NCBI GenBank assembly: GCA_037133215.1 | Contig: JBAXOM010000002.1 | Span: forward strand, 1-43,693 | Reading direction: 5' to 3' | DNA length: 43,693 nucleotides | Origin: Thermoleophilia bacterium | GTDB lineage: Bacteria; Actinomycetota; Thermoleophilia; Gaiellales; F1-60-MAGs149 | Shown here: positions 1-8,565 of the stretch, piece by piece | How the letters are laid out: each line of letters starts with the position of its first letter | Numbering within the stretch: the stretch's first letter is position 1 | Translations under genes and position numbers: made by a program | Notes under the pieces: model-generated | Told to the model about the DNA's origin: nothing | The model's input: the letters and a program-made list of their open reading frames with translations, nothing else | The model's database searches: none

Positions 1-1197
1 GCCGGCATCGCTCAGCTCGGCAATCTCGCGCGGGCTATACCCGAGTTCGCTGAGAACGTCTTCGGTACTCGCACCTCGACCGAGTCCGGCGTGGCGGACC
101 GCGCCAGGCGTGCGCGAGAGGCGCGGAGTCGGTGCAGACTGCAGGAGCTCACCTTCGCCGTCCGGGTTATTGACCAGCGACAACGAACCACGGGCGATCA
201 CGTGCTCGTCGGCGATCAGTTGCTCGGCGCTATAGACCGGACCGGCAGCAGCTCCAGCGTCCGCAAGAATCTGAACTGCGTCGCGCCACGCGTGCCGCCC
301 TGTCCAGGCGCTGATCAGCGCGTCGAGGGCATCGACATTTGCGATGCGATCGGCGTTCGTGGCGAAGCGAGGATCGTTTTCGAGTGCGTCTCCACCGACG
401 ACTTTGAGAATGCGCTTGGCAACCGAGTCGGCCGAGCCAGACATGCAAATCCAGCCGTCCGAGCACTCATAAACGTTACGTGGGGCCGAGAACCAGAGTC
501 GGGAACCGATTCGCTGGTCGGAGACGCCGGTGCGGTGGGCAATGGCCGCGCCGGGTCCGACCACATCAAGCATGGAATCCAGCAGCGTGGCGTCGATGAC
601 CTGTCCTTCGCCCGTGAGATCGCGGTGACGAATGGCAGCCAAAATCGCGAAGGCCGAGAGCGCGCCGGTGATCTCGTCGGCGAGAGCGACCGGAGGTAGG
701 GTCGGGGGACCATCGGCCTGTCCCGTCGTGTACGCAAGCGTTGACATCGCCTCGGCGATCGTGCCAAAACCTGCGCGCGACGAGTAGGGTCCGTCCTGAC
801 CAAAACCGGTCACGCGCAGAATCACCAGGCCGGGATTCTCGATCAACAAGACAGACTCGGGATCAAGGCCAAGTCGCTCGAGTGCGCCCGGGCGAAAGTT
901 CTCGATCAAGACATCTGCGGTCCGAATGAGACGAAGCAGGACTTCGCGGCCTTGATCCTGTTTGAGGTCGAGTTCGATGGGGCGCTTGTTGCGTCCGACG
1001 AGGCGCCAGTAATAGGCGTCGTCACCGTCGGACTCGCCAAGGCTGCGAGCACCATCGCCACCGCCGGTGCGCTCGACCTTGATGACATCAGCACCGAAAT
1101 CGGCGAGACGCCGGGCAGCGCTCGGCCCCGCGAACACCGTCGCGAGGTCGATTACACGGAGTCCGCGGAGCGGCCCTTCGTGTAGTTCGGCGCTCAT
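1..1197 (-). CDS. Family III (CaiB/BaiF/Frc-type) CoA-transferase; the C-terminal few residues lie beyond the window edge
   Basis: Not in the supplied ORF track because there is no stop codon in the window. Minus frame is open from ATG at 1197-1195 to base 1 (399 codons). My translation begins MSAELHEGPLRGLRVIDLATVFAGPSAARRLADFGADVIKVERTGGGDGAR, the family III N-terminal signature. It ends ...EDVLSELGYSPREIAELSDAG, a typical C-terminus. Start lies 2 nt after the stop of the upstream aminotransferase gene. Confidence 0.85.
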   Translation of the reverse strand, partial: MSAELHEGPLRGLRVIDLATVFAGPSAARRLADFGADVIKVERTGGGDGARSLGESDGDDAYYWRLVGRNKRPIELDLKQDQGREVLLRLIRTADVLIENFRPGALERLGLDPESVLLIENPGLVILRVTGFGQDGPYSSRAGFGTIAEAMSTLAYTTGQADGPPTLPPVALADEITGALSAFAILAAIRHRDLTGEGQVIDATLLDSMLDVVGPGAAIAHRTGVSDQRIGSRLWFSAPRNVYECSDGWICMSGSADSVAKRILKVVGGDALENDPRFATNADRIANVDALDALISAWTGRHAWRDAVQILADAGAAAGPVYSAEQLIADEHVIARGSLSLVNNPDGEGELLQSAPTPRLSRTPGAVRHAGLGRGASTEDVLSELGYSPREIAELSDAG

Positions 1198-1199
1198 CG

Positions 1200-2402
1200 C
1201 TAATGCGCTCCGTTGGGGAGGACGGTGTCGAACGCTGCCAAGACGCGGTCGGCGGTCTCGCGATTCGCGTTGACGCCCATCATGCCGATACGCCAGATCG
1301 GCGGCGACAACGGTCCGAGCCCGCCGCCAACCTCGATGTTGTGCGTGTTGAGCAGAATGCCTTGGATTGCCTTGCCGTCGATACCCTCAGGGACGCGGAC
1401 GGCCGTCAACTGTGCCAACTGGTCGGAGGCTGCGGGTAGAAGATCGAAGCCGCGCTCGCGGAACCCCGCCTGCACGTACGCGCCGGCGTCGGCGTGGCGT
1501 GCGTAGCGAACGTCGAGGCCTTCTTCGAGGGAGAGGCGGAGTGCCTCATCAAGGGCGTAATACGACAGGTTCGGAGTTGTGTGGTGGTACGCCATCGGCC
1601 GGTCGATCCAGTACTTGATGTGCTCGGCCAAATCGAGCGAGTACGGCACCTGCATGCCATCGCGACCAATGCGCTCAATTGCGCGCGAGGAAATCGAGAC
1701 GGGCGAGAGACCTGGAGGAGCAGCGATGCACTTTTGGCTGCAGGCGTACGCGTAGTCGACGCCCCAAGCATCGAGCTCGATCGGCATGCCGCCGATTGCG
1801 GTGACACAGTCTGCGTAAAGGAGCGCGTCGGTATTGGACGCACGCATTGCCTCACCAAGTTCTTGCAGCGGATGGGCGACGCCCGTCGAGGTCTCGGCGT
1901 ACACCACGCAGACCATCACGGCACTGGGATTCTGGGCGAGCGCGTCGAGGATTTGATCGTTCGGGACATGCTGGCCAAACGGAGCGGTCAACTCAACGAC
2001 CTTGGCACCGCGGCGACGCAACATCTCGAGGATGCGGTTGCCAAAGAATCCGGCGCTCGCTGCAACCACGGTGTCTCCGGGGGCGACGAGGTTGAGGATG
2101 CCGGCCTCCATGCCGCTCGTGCCGCTCTGAGAGAGGCAGAACGAGGCACCATCGGTGCGGCCGTAGACCGTGCCGATCATCTCGGCCATCACGAGCAGGC
2201 GCTCCCAAAAGACAGGGTCGAGGTGGCTGATCAGCGGCTTGCGCATCGCCTCAAGGACACGCGGATCAACATTCGAGGGGCCGGGGCCTGCGAGCAGGCG
2301 TGTGGGGGGCTGGAAGCTCTCGATAGTTGCGTGTGCTGGGGCGGTTGCGCTCAAAACGATCTCCATACGTTGACTACCTGCATGGTACGTCGCCAGTTCC
2401 AT
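1200..2402 (-). CDS. Class V PLP aminotransferase, alanine-glyoxylate / serine-glyoxylate (AGXT) type
   Basis: 400-aa ORF. Motifs LLAGPGPSNVDPRVLEAM, SQKCIAAPPGLSP (PLP Lys region), YHHTTPNLSYYALDEAL and IEVGGGLGPLSPPIWRIGMMGVNANRE are collinear with AGT1/SgaA-family enzymes as I recall them. Alternative start at 2366 (MEIVLS). Confidence 0.8.
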   Translation of the reverse strand: MELATYHAGSQRMEIVLSATAPAHATIESFQPPTRLLAGPGPSNVDPRVLEAMRKPLISHLDPVFWERLLVMAEMIGTVYGRTDGASFCLSQSGTSGMEAGILNLVAPGDTVVAASAGFFGNRILEMLRRRGAKVVELTAPFGQHVPNDQILDALAQNPSAVMVCVVYAETSTGVAHPLQELGEAMRASNTDALLYADCVTAIGGMPIELDAWGVDYAYACSQKCIAAPPGLSPVSISSRAIERIGRDGMQVPYSLDLAEHIKYWIDRPMAYHHTTPNLSYYALDEALRLSLEEGLDVRYARHADAGAYVQAGFRERGFDLLPAASDQLAQLTAVRVPEGIDGKAIQGILLNTHNIEVGGGLGPLSPPIWRIGMMGVNANRETADRVLAAFDTVLPNGAH

Positions 2403-2456
2403 AACTTCTATATTGATTTTTGAGATAATTCATCGGCCTAAACCGATCAATTGTTC

Positions 2457-5057
2457 CTAGCCGACGCTCTGAACTCCCGCGGCGACGCCTGCCATCGTCG
2501 TCAAGAGTGGCTGCCTCACGGATTCATCGCCATTGGCGAGGCGTTGCAGAAGTTCTGTCTGGATTGCGCTGAGCGGATCAATCCACGGATTGCGATGAGC
2601 CAGACGCTCTCGTAACTCGGGTCGGCGACCGTAGAGGTCGTCCTCACCGGTGATGCGTAGAATTGCCGCCCGGCTTCGCTCGTGCTCGTCGCGGATGGTC
2701 TGCCAGATCCGCGTGGCCTCCGCGGTCGGGTGCAGCGCGAGGTAGTCGCTCGCAAACGAGAGGTCGGTGCGAAAGAGCGAGGCCTCGAGGGCCGAGACGA
2801 TCGCCCGGAAAGGTGGCCAGTTTGCCCACATCGCCTGCTGAATAGCGACGTCACCACCGGCCAGCGCTGTTCCCGAGCCAAACCATGCGGGTACGAGCAC
2901 GCGCGTCTGTGTCCAGGCCATTACCCACGGAATTGCGCGCAGGCTGTCGGCGCCACCGGCGGCCCGACGAGCAGGACGCGAACCGAGTTTGAGGTCGTCG
3001 GCGAGGGTAATCGGCGTGGTGTGGAGAAACGTGTCGGTGAAGGCCGGGTCGTCCAGCAGGCCGCGCCACGATGCGCGTGCGGTATCGGCCAACAACTCCA
3101 TCTGGTCACGCCACGCAGTCGGTGTGGCGTCGTCGCCTTCGCGGGCTGCGGCGATCAGCGCGCCAGACAAGACCTGCTCGAGCGCTCGACGAGCAAGGAC
3201 GGGGTGCGCCAATTTAGAGCGCGCGGTCTCTCCCTGTTCGGTCAGGCGCAGCCCACCACTGGCGGCACCCGCTGGCAGAGCCTTGGCAATTTCGTCCGAT
3301 GGCGCACCACCACGGGCAGGCGATCCGCCACGGCCATGAAAGGCTCGGAACCCGATGTTGTGCCGCCGGCAGACGGCGACGAGGTCTTCCTGTGCGCGCC
3401 AAATGCGCCATTGCGCGGCAATAAAGCCCTCTTCCTTGCCACCATCGGAATGACCGAGCATGACCTCGAGGCGACCACCGGTACGTGCGATGTGCTCCCG
3501 CATGGCGGGCACGGCGAGCACGGCCTCAGCGATCGCGGTCGCGTTGCGGAGCGAGGCGCCGGATTCGAACAGCGGTACGACCGGAACTCCGTGCAGACCA
3601 GCCCGGTGCAGGAGCCACGTCGCTGCCAATACATCCGTGGGCGATTCGCAGCCGGAGATAACGAGGGAGCGCAGTGGCATGGCGCCGAGGGCTGCATGGA
3701 GATCTGCCGCCTCGTCGAGCGCTCGCGCGGCGCGCAGGTCGTCGGGAGCTGGAGCAGTTGTGCGCGCAACGGGTTGCGCAAGTGCGGCGGCAAGATGTGC
3801 AAGTCGTGCGGATTCCTCGAGGCCCGCGGTCCCGGGGAGGAGAGCATCGACTGCGTCACCCAATTCCTTGGCGTGGAGACGTACGTCGATCTCGAGCAAG
3901 TGAAGCCCGAAAATACGCACCTGCCAGGCGAGGCGGTCGAGCGATGGTGTGTCACCTGGGGCGGCGGCGCGAACGGCATCGACGTCCTCGATTAGAGTCT
4001 TTGCATCGCGATACATCCACGCTGGATCGATCTCCTCGTCTAACGCGCGCAGCGTCCACGTCAGTCGTTCGCGCATCAGTCGAAGCTTGCGCCGCAGGGG
4101 CTCATGCGCGTAGGCATCACCCTCGCTACTTCCGCCAGGTAACGTGGTTGCGTCGCGCTCGATCAGAAGCAGTAGCTCGGCGACGTCGGTATAGCGAGCG
4201 GCCTCGGAATGGAGGCGCGAGGCGCTAACGACACGGTCGATCAAGAGCCGCAACGCCGCGCGGCGAGCCTCGATGACCGCGAAGCGCACCGTTTCGGCGG
4301 AGGCAGACGGGTTGCCGTCCATGTCGCCGCCTGCCCACTGGACGAACGAGAGTGGTGCGCGTTCCAGCGCGAACCCGAGACGCCGCTCGGCACTGACGGC
4401 GACGTCGGCCGCCGCGTCGTAGAGCGCGGTCTCGACGAGAAAGACCGTCCTCCGGATCTCTTCCTCGACCGGTGGGCGGCTGCGACGAATCTCGTCGGTG
4501 GCCCACCACGCACTGACAGTCTCCTGCGCCTCGGCCAGTGCGCGTTCCTGGGCCTCGAGTCCAGGGGCGCGGTCGAGTGCATCCAGTTGCTCGGTCAGGC
4601 GGTGCAGTTTGTGTAGCACCGCTCGGCGCGTGGCGTCGGACGGATGCATGGTCAGCACGAGCTCGACGTGGAGGTCGTCCAGATGGGAACGAAACTGCTC
4701 AGGGTCGCCAAGCTCGGCGATGGCCTGCTCCAGTGAGGCGCGGCGCCACCCGGTGGTCTGCAAGCGGCGAACACGCTCACGCTCTTCGCAGAGGTTAGCC
4801 AGCTGCAGGCGCATCAGAAGGGCTTTTGCCGTGGCGCCTGCCGCGCGTCGATCAAGTTGCGCCACTTCGGAGCGGATCAGTGCAGCTGCGCCCACATCTC
4901 CGGCACGAGAGCGTTCGGCCAGTTCGTGGAGACGCAGAACCGTCTCGACTATCTCGATGCCCTCCGTGTTCGTAATCGCCTCAAACAGCAGGCGTTCCAG
5001 AATGCGGTCGTCGCCACCGAGCGTGCCGGGCTGGAGTTCGCCGACGACCACTGCCAT
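2457..5057 (-). CDS. ppc: Phosphoenolpyruvate carboxylase
   Basis: 866-aa ORF with PEPC motifs TMHPSDATRR, VMLGHSDGGKEEG, FHGRGGSPARGG and the conserved C-terminal region. Its ATG overlaps the upstream mcl stop (TGATG at 5059-5055 on the minus strand). Confidence 0.92.
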   Translation of the reverse strand: MAVVVGELQPGTLGGDDRILERLLFEAITNTEGIEIVETVLRLHELAERSRAGDVGAAALIRSEVAQLDRRAAGATAKALLMRLQLANLCEERERVRRLQTTGWRRASLEQAIAELGDPEQFRSHLDDLHVELVLTMHPSDATRRAVLHKLHRLTEQLDALDRAPGLEAQERALAEAQETVSAWWATDEIRRSRPPVEEEIRRTVFLVETALYDAAADVAVSAERRLGFALERAPLSFVQWAGGDMDGNPSASAETVRFAVIEARRAALRLLIDRVVSASRLHSEAARYTDVAELLLLIERDATTLPGGSSEGDAYAHEPLRRKLRLMRERLTWTLRALDEEIDPAWMYRDAKTLIEDVDAVRAAAPGDTPSLDRLAWQVRIFGLHLLEIDVRLHAKELGDAVDALLPGTAGLEESARLAHLAAALAQPVARTTAPAPDDLRAARALDEAADLHAALGAMPLRSLVISGCESPTDVLAATWLLHRAGLHGVPVVPLFESGASLRNATAIAEAVLAVPAMREHIARTGGRLEVMLGHSDGGKEEGFIAAQWRIWRAQEDLVAVCRRHNIGFRAFHGRGGSPARGGAPSDEIAKALPAGAASGGLRLTEQGETARSKLAHPVLARRALEQVLSGALIAAAREGDDATPTAWRDQMELLADTARASWRGLLDDPAFTDTFLHTTPITLADDLKLGSRPARRAAGGADSLRAIPWVMAWTQTRVLVPAWFGSGTALAGGDVAIQQAMWANWPPFRAIVSALEASLFRTDLSFASDYLALHPTAEATRIWQTIRDEHERSRAAILRITGEDDLYGRRPELRERLAHRNPWIDPLSAIQTELLQRLANGDESVRQPLLTTMAGVAAGVQSVG

Positions 5058-6016
5058 CAGGTCCCCGACAGGCGCTCGACGCGTGCGATCACGTTCTCGG
5101 CCATCTTGATCGACGCCGCGTCAATCAGGCGACCATCGAGCGAGACAGCACCGCGACCCTCAGCGGCGGCCTCAGCCATGGCAACCATGATGCGCTGAGC
5201 GCGATCGACCTCGTCGGGCAGCGGCGAGAAGATCTCGTTTGCCAACTCGATCTGACTCGGGTGGATTGCCCACTTACCTTCGCAGCCGAGGGCGGCGGCA
5301 CGGCGGGCCGCCATCTTGTAGCCGTCAGGATCGCTGAAGTCGCCGAACGGTCCGTCGATCGGGCGAAGCCCGTTGGCTCGGCAGGCGACGATCATGCGCG
5401 AGAGCGCAAAGTGCCAGGGGTCGCCCCAGTGAAGTTCGCGGGCGCCGCTCGCGTCGGGATCGGTCAGGACCGCGTACTCCGGCGTGACACCACCGATCAC
5501 CACTGTGCGGGCTCGGGTCGACGCTGCGTAGTCAGCCACGCCAAACGAGAGTGCCTCAAGGCGCTCCGGGCAGGTCTCCGCGATTGCCTCAACATTGGCC
5601 ATCCCGGGTGCGGTTTCGATCAAGGCGGTGATGGCAATCGGGTCGTAGCCATAGGCTTGCTCAATCTGCGAAAGCAACATCGCGACAAACTCGATGTCGG
5701 AGGGACGGCCGACCTTCGGGATCAAAATCATGTCGAGTTTGTTGCCAACGGCCTCAACGATGTCGACGACATCGCGGTAGGCCCAGTAGGTATCGAGGCC
5801 ATTGATGCGGACTGACGTTGCGGTCTTCGACCAGTCCCGGGACTGCAGCGCCTCGATGGCGTTCTTGCGCGCCTGGACCTTGTCATCGGGGGCAACGGCG
5901 TCCTCCAGGTCGAGGAAGACGATGTCGGCGCCGGACTCGGGGGCCTTCTCCAGCATGCGGAGATTCGAGGCGGGGACGGCAAGTTCGGAACGGTGGAGGC
6001 GGTCTTTATTCGGCAT
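5057..6016 (-). CDS. mcl: L-malyl-CoA / beta-methylmalyl-CoA lyase (HpcH/CitE-like aldolase family)
   Basis: From MPNKDRLHRSELAVP. Long collinear motifs with MclA-type lyases as I recall them: DIVFLDLEDAVAPDDK, RINGLDT, YRDVVDIVE, DMILIPKVG, SFGVADYAASTRAR, GLRPIDGPFGDFSDPDGY, GKWAIHPSQI, GAVSLDGRLIDAASI. I prefer the ATG at 6016 over the ORF-track start at 6043. Confidence 0.85.
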   Translation of the reverse strand: MPNKDRLHRSELAVPASNLRMLEKAPESGADIVFLDLEDAVAPDDKVQARKNAIEALQSRDWSKTATSVRINGLDTYWAYRDVVDIVEAVGNKLDMILIPKVGRPSDIEFVAMLLSQIEQAYGYDPIAITALIETAPGMANVEAIAETCPERLEALSFGVADYAASTRARTVVIGGVTPEYAVLTDPDASGARELHWGDPWHFALSRMIVACRANGLRPIDGPFGDFSDPDGYKMAARRAAALGCEGKWAIHPSQIELANEIFSPLPDEVDRAQRIMVAMAEAAAEGRGAVSLDGRLIDAASIKMAENVIARVERLSGT

Positions 6017-6039
6017 GCCCGACACGGTACGCCACCAAC

Positions 6040-6081
6040 ACATGGACTTCTAGCAGGTAATAGTGTCTAATTCATAAGGCA
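6040..6081. promoter_or_regulatory. AT-rich divergent mcl / lysR control region with an imperfect dyad; candidate LTTR operator
   Basis: The mcl-lysR intergenic region is only 65 bp. It contains ttctagcaggtAATAGtgtCTAATTcataagg, which is AT-rich in a GC-rich genome, immediately upstream of the LysR ATG at 6082. No experimental or statistical support. Confidence 0.3.
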
Positions 6082-6960
6082 ATGGCTATGACACTCTCGC
6101 AGCTGAAGACGTTTATCGCGGTCGCCGAGGATGGCTCGGTACGCGCTGCGGCCGAACGTCTGCACGTGTCGCAGCCATCGGTGTCGGGAAGTATCGCTGC
6201 CTTGAGTGACGAAGTTGGTGTCGCGCTGACCGAGCGCGATGGTCGCGGGATGAAGCTGAGCCCAGCCGGGGAGGTGTTCTTGCCCCACGCACGTGAGGCC
6301 CTCGGACTGCTCGAGCAGGGCACCCGGATGGCGCACAGTGCGTCGGCGAAGGAACAGGCGACCGTACGCATTGCCGCGGTCTACACGGCAGCGGAGTTTG
6401 TTTTGCCGATGTTGCTGCGCGCATTCCGCGAGGCGCATCCGGAGATTCCGATCCAACTCGAGATCGGTAACCGTGAGCATGTGCTTGAGTTACTCGGCTC
6501 GCGCGAAGCGGACATCGGCATTGGTGGACGCGCCCCGGAAGACGGGATGTACGAGGGGTTGCGCATCGCGACAAATAGTCATGTGATCGTCGCGGCGCCA
6601 GACCATCCGCTCGCCAAACAGCAACAGATTCCCCTGCGCGACCTCTCGAATGAGATCTGGTTGGTACGTGAGGAGGCCTCCGGCACGCGCCGCCTCGTCG
6701 ATGAGTACCTTGCGGGAGCGCATATCACGCCGTCTAAGACGACGATCGGTTCGAACAGTGCGGTGGCCGCTGCCGCGATGGTTGGGCTCGGCGTTGGGGT
6801 TGTCCCGTTGGTTGCCGTCGAACACCAGATTACGGCTGGCTCACTGGTGCAGCTGGATGTCGTACCGAGCCCGCCGTCGCGAGATTGGTTCGCGCTGCTA
6901 CCTGTGCGTCGACCGAGCCCAGCAGCCCGCGTGCTCGCCGAATTTCTTACGCAGCGCTAA
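6082..6960 (+). CDS. LysR-family transcriptional regulator (CbbR/QscR-like placement)
   Basis: 292 aa. N-terminal wHTH LSQLKTFIAVAEDGSVRAAAERLHVSQPSVSGSIAALSDEVGVALTER followed by a LysR substrate-binding domain. Divergent from the mcl operon. Confidence 0.9.
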   Translation: MAMTLSQLKTFIAVAEDGSVRAAAERLHVSQPSVSGSIAALSDEVGVALTERDGRGMKLSPAGEVFLPHAREALGLLEQGTRMAHSASAKEQATVRIAAVYTAAEFVLPMLLRAFREAHPEIPIQLEIGNREHVLELLGSREADIGIGGRAPEDGMYEGLRIATNSHVIVAAPDHPLAKQQQIPLRDLSNEIWLVREEASGTRRLVDEYLAGAHITPSKTTIGSNSAVAAAAMVGLGVGVVPLVAVEHQITAGSLVQLDVVPSPPSRDWFALLPVRRPSPAARVLAEFLTQR

Positions 6961-7777
6961 GAAAACGCACGATCCGCGCGGCGATAGCGTCGGGTTGCTC
7001 GACGTGGAGCCAGTGGCCAACGCCGTCAACCTGCTCGAGCTCGAGACCAGCGCTGAAGCGTTGGTCGAAGCCGGCAAAGCAGGCTGGACGGATACAGCCG
7101 TCGGTACCGCCATGCAGCATCAGCGTCGGCACGAGCACGTCGCCCGTGGAGGTCGATGCGCCGAAGTCGTCGCGGTACCACCCATGGACGGCCTCTCCAA
7201 CCCCCGGTTGCTGCAGGATCTCCTTGACCGCCGACCACTCGGGGCGACGGAGCCCAGGCGACCACTCCTCGTGCAGTTGGTCGAGCCAATCGGAATCTGC
7301 CGCCAGTTGAGCAGCGCCACCGGAGTAGGCCAAGATCCAGGCGTAGGCGGCGGTCTTCTGCTCTTGCAGATCGCGGCGCCTGGCGGCAAAGCCCTCGGGG
7401 TGGGGGATCGCCAGCGAGACAACGCGCGAGACGCGGTCGGCGTGGTTGGCACCAAGGTCGAGCGCGACACAGCCACCCCAGTCGTGACCGACGACCGGGA
7501 TTCGCTCGAGTTGGAGAGTGTCCAAAACGGCAATCATGTCGCTCGCAACCGCAGCGCTCTGATAGCTCTCGACTGGTTCGGAGGGCATGTAGCCGGGGAG
7601 TGCCGGGACGATCGCACGGTAGCCAGCCTCAACGAGGCGTTCAACGAGTGGTGTCATACCGATCGGAGCGTCGGGAAAGCCGTGCAGCACGAGCACGGGC
7701 AGGCCCTTGCCGATATCCCAAAACGCCACAGCTCCACGAGCCTGCGCGAACGATGGTGCGGTCGCGAATGCGTCCAC
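6947..7777 (-). CDS. Alpha/beta hydrolase, epoxide hydrolase / haloalkane- or fluoroacetate-dehalogenase-like (Asp nucleophile type)
   Basis: 276 aa with GTG start. Oxyanion-hole motif LHGFPD (HGxP), nucleophile elbow VGHDWGG (Asp nucleophile), and C-terminal GVGHWLHVEQPD (catalytic His). Start overlaps the stop of the upstream SDR by 1 nt. Confidence 0.75.
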   Translation of the reverse strand: MDAFATAPSFAQARGAVAFWDIGKGLPVLVLHGFPDAPIGMTPLVERLVEAGYRAIVPALPGYMPSEPVESYQSAAVASDMIAVLDTLQLERIPVVGHDWGGCVALDLGANHADRVSRVVSLAIPHPEGFAARRRDLQEQKTAAYAWILAYSGGAAQLAADSDWLDQLHEEWSPGLRRPEWSAVKEILQQPGVGEAVHGWYRDDFGASTSTGDVLVPTLMLHGGTDGCIRPACFAGFDQRFSAGLELEQVDGVGHWLHVEQPDAIAARIVRFLSAA

Positions 7778-8565
7778 TAGATTGCGCTAAAGCCGCCGTC
7801 GACGGGCATGATCACGCCCGTCATCCAGGAGGCGTCGTCGGAGGCGAGGAAGAATGCGGCGCCCGCGATGTCCTCGGCCTCGCCGAGTCGTGGCATCGGC
7901 GTCGTCGCCTGGAGTCGGGCAAACTTGGCCGGGTCGTCCCAGAGGTTGCGCGTCATCGACGTTCGGACATAGCCGGGGCAGATCGCATTGACCGTAATCG
8001 AGTGCGGGGCCAGTTCGATCGCCAAGGTGCGCGTGATCTGGACCACGGCGCCCTTGCTCATGTTGTAGTGGTATCCCGTCTGGACACCCGTGAGACCGGC
8101 AATCGAGGCGAGCGTGACGATCCGTCCACCGCGGCCCTGTTCGATCATCGCGCGAGCACTCTCGCGACACGTCCACCAGACGCCGTCTTGGTTGACTGCC
8201 TGCACCTGCTTGTAGTCCTCGAACGGCTCGTCGACGATCGAATAGGCGAGCGGCGAGACACCGGCATTGGCGACCGAAATATCAAGACCGCCATAGGTGT
8301 CAGTCGCGGTCGCGACGGCGGCGGCAACCTGAGCGCCATCGGTGACATCACATTCGACAAACGTTGCGCGACCGCCCTGCTCGTTGATCAGGTCGTGTGT
8401 CGTTGTCGCGTCTTCCCAGCCACCAGCAATGGGGTTTGGCACGAGGTCGGCACACACGACAGCAGCGCCCTCAGCGGCGTAGCGCAGGGCAATGGCACGA
8501 CCATTGCCGCTCGCGGCTCCGGTAATCAGGGCGACGCGGCCCTCGAGTCGGCGTTCTGCGGTCAT
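7777..8565 (-). CDS. Classical short-chain dehydrogenase/reductase (SDR)
   Basis: 262 aa. Motifs TGAASGNGRA (TGxxxGxG), ANAG, the Ser...YNMSK catalytic set and PGYVRT. ATGA overlap with the upstream gene at 8562-8565. Confidence 0.9.
   Translation of the reverse strand: MTAERRLEGRVALITGAASGNGRAIALRYAAEGAAVVCADLVPNPIAGGWEDATTTHDLINEQGGRATFVECDVTDGAQVAAAVATATDTYGGLDISVANAGVSPLAYSIVDEPFEDYKQVQAVNQDGVWWTCRESARAMIEQGRGGRIVTLASIAGLTGVQTGYHYNMSKGAVVQITRTLAIELAPHSITVNAICPGYVRTSMTRNLWDDPAKFARLQATTPMPRLGEAEDIAGAAFFLASDDASWMTGVIMPVDGGFSAI

Noticed and set aside
2682-3995. 437-aa plus-strand ORF, plus many 60-250-aa ORFs in both strands over 2.5-5.1 kb
   Set aside because: All lie within or antisense to ppc. 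None has recognisable motifs.
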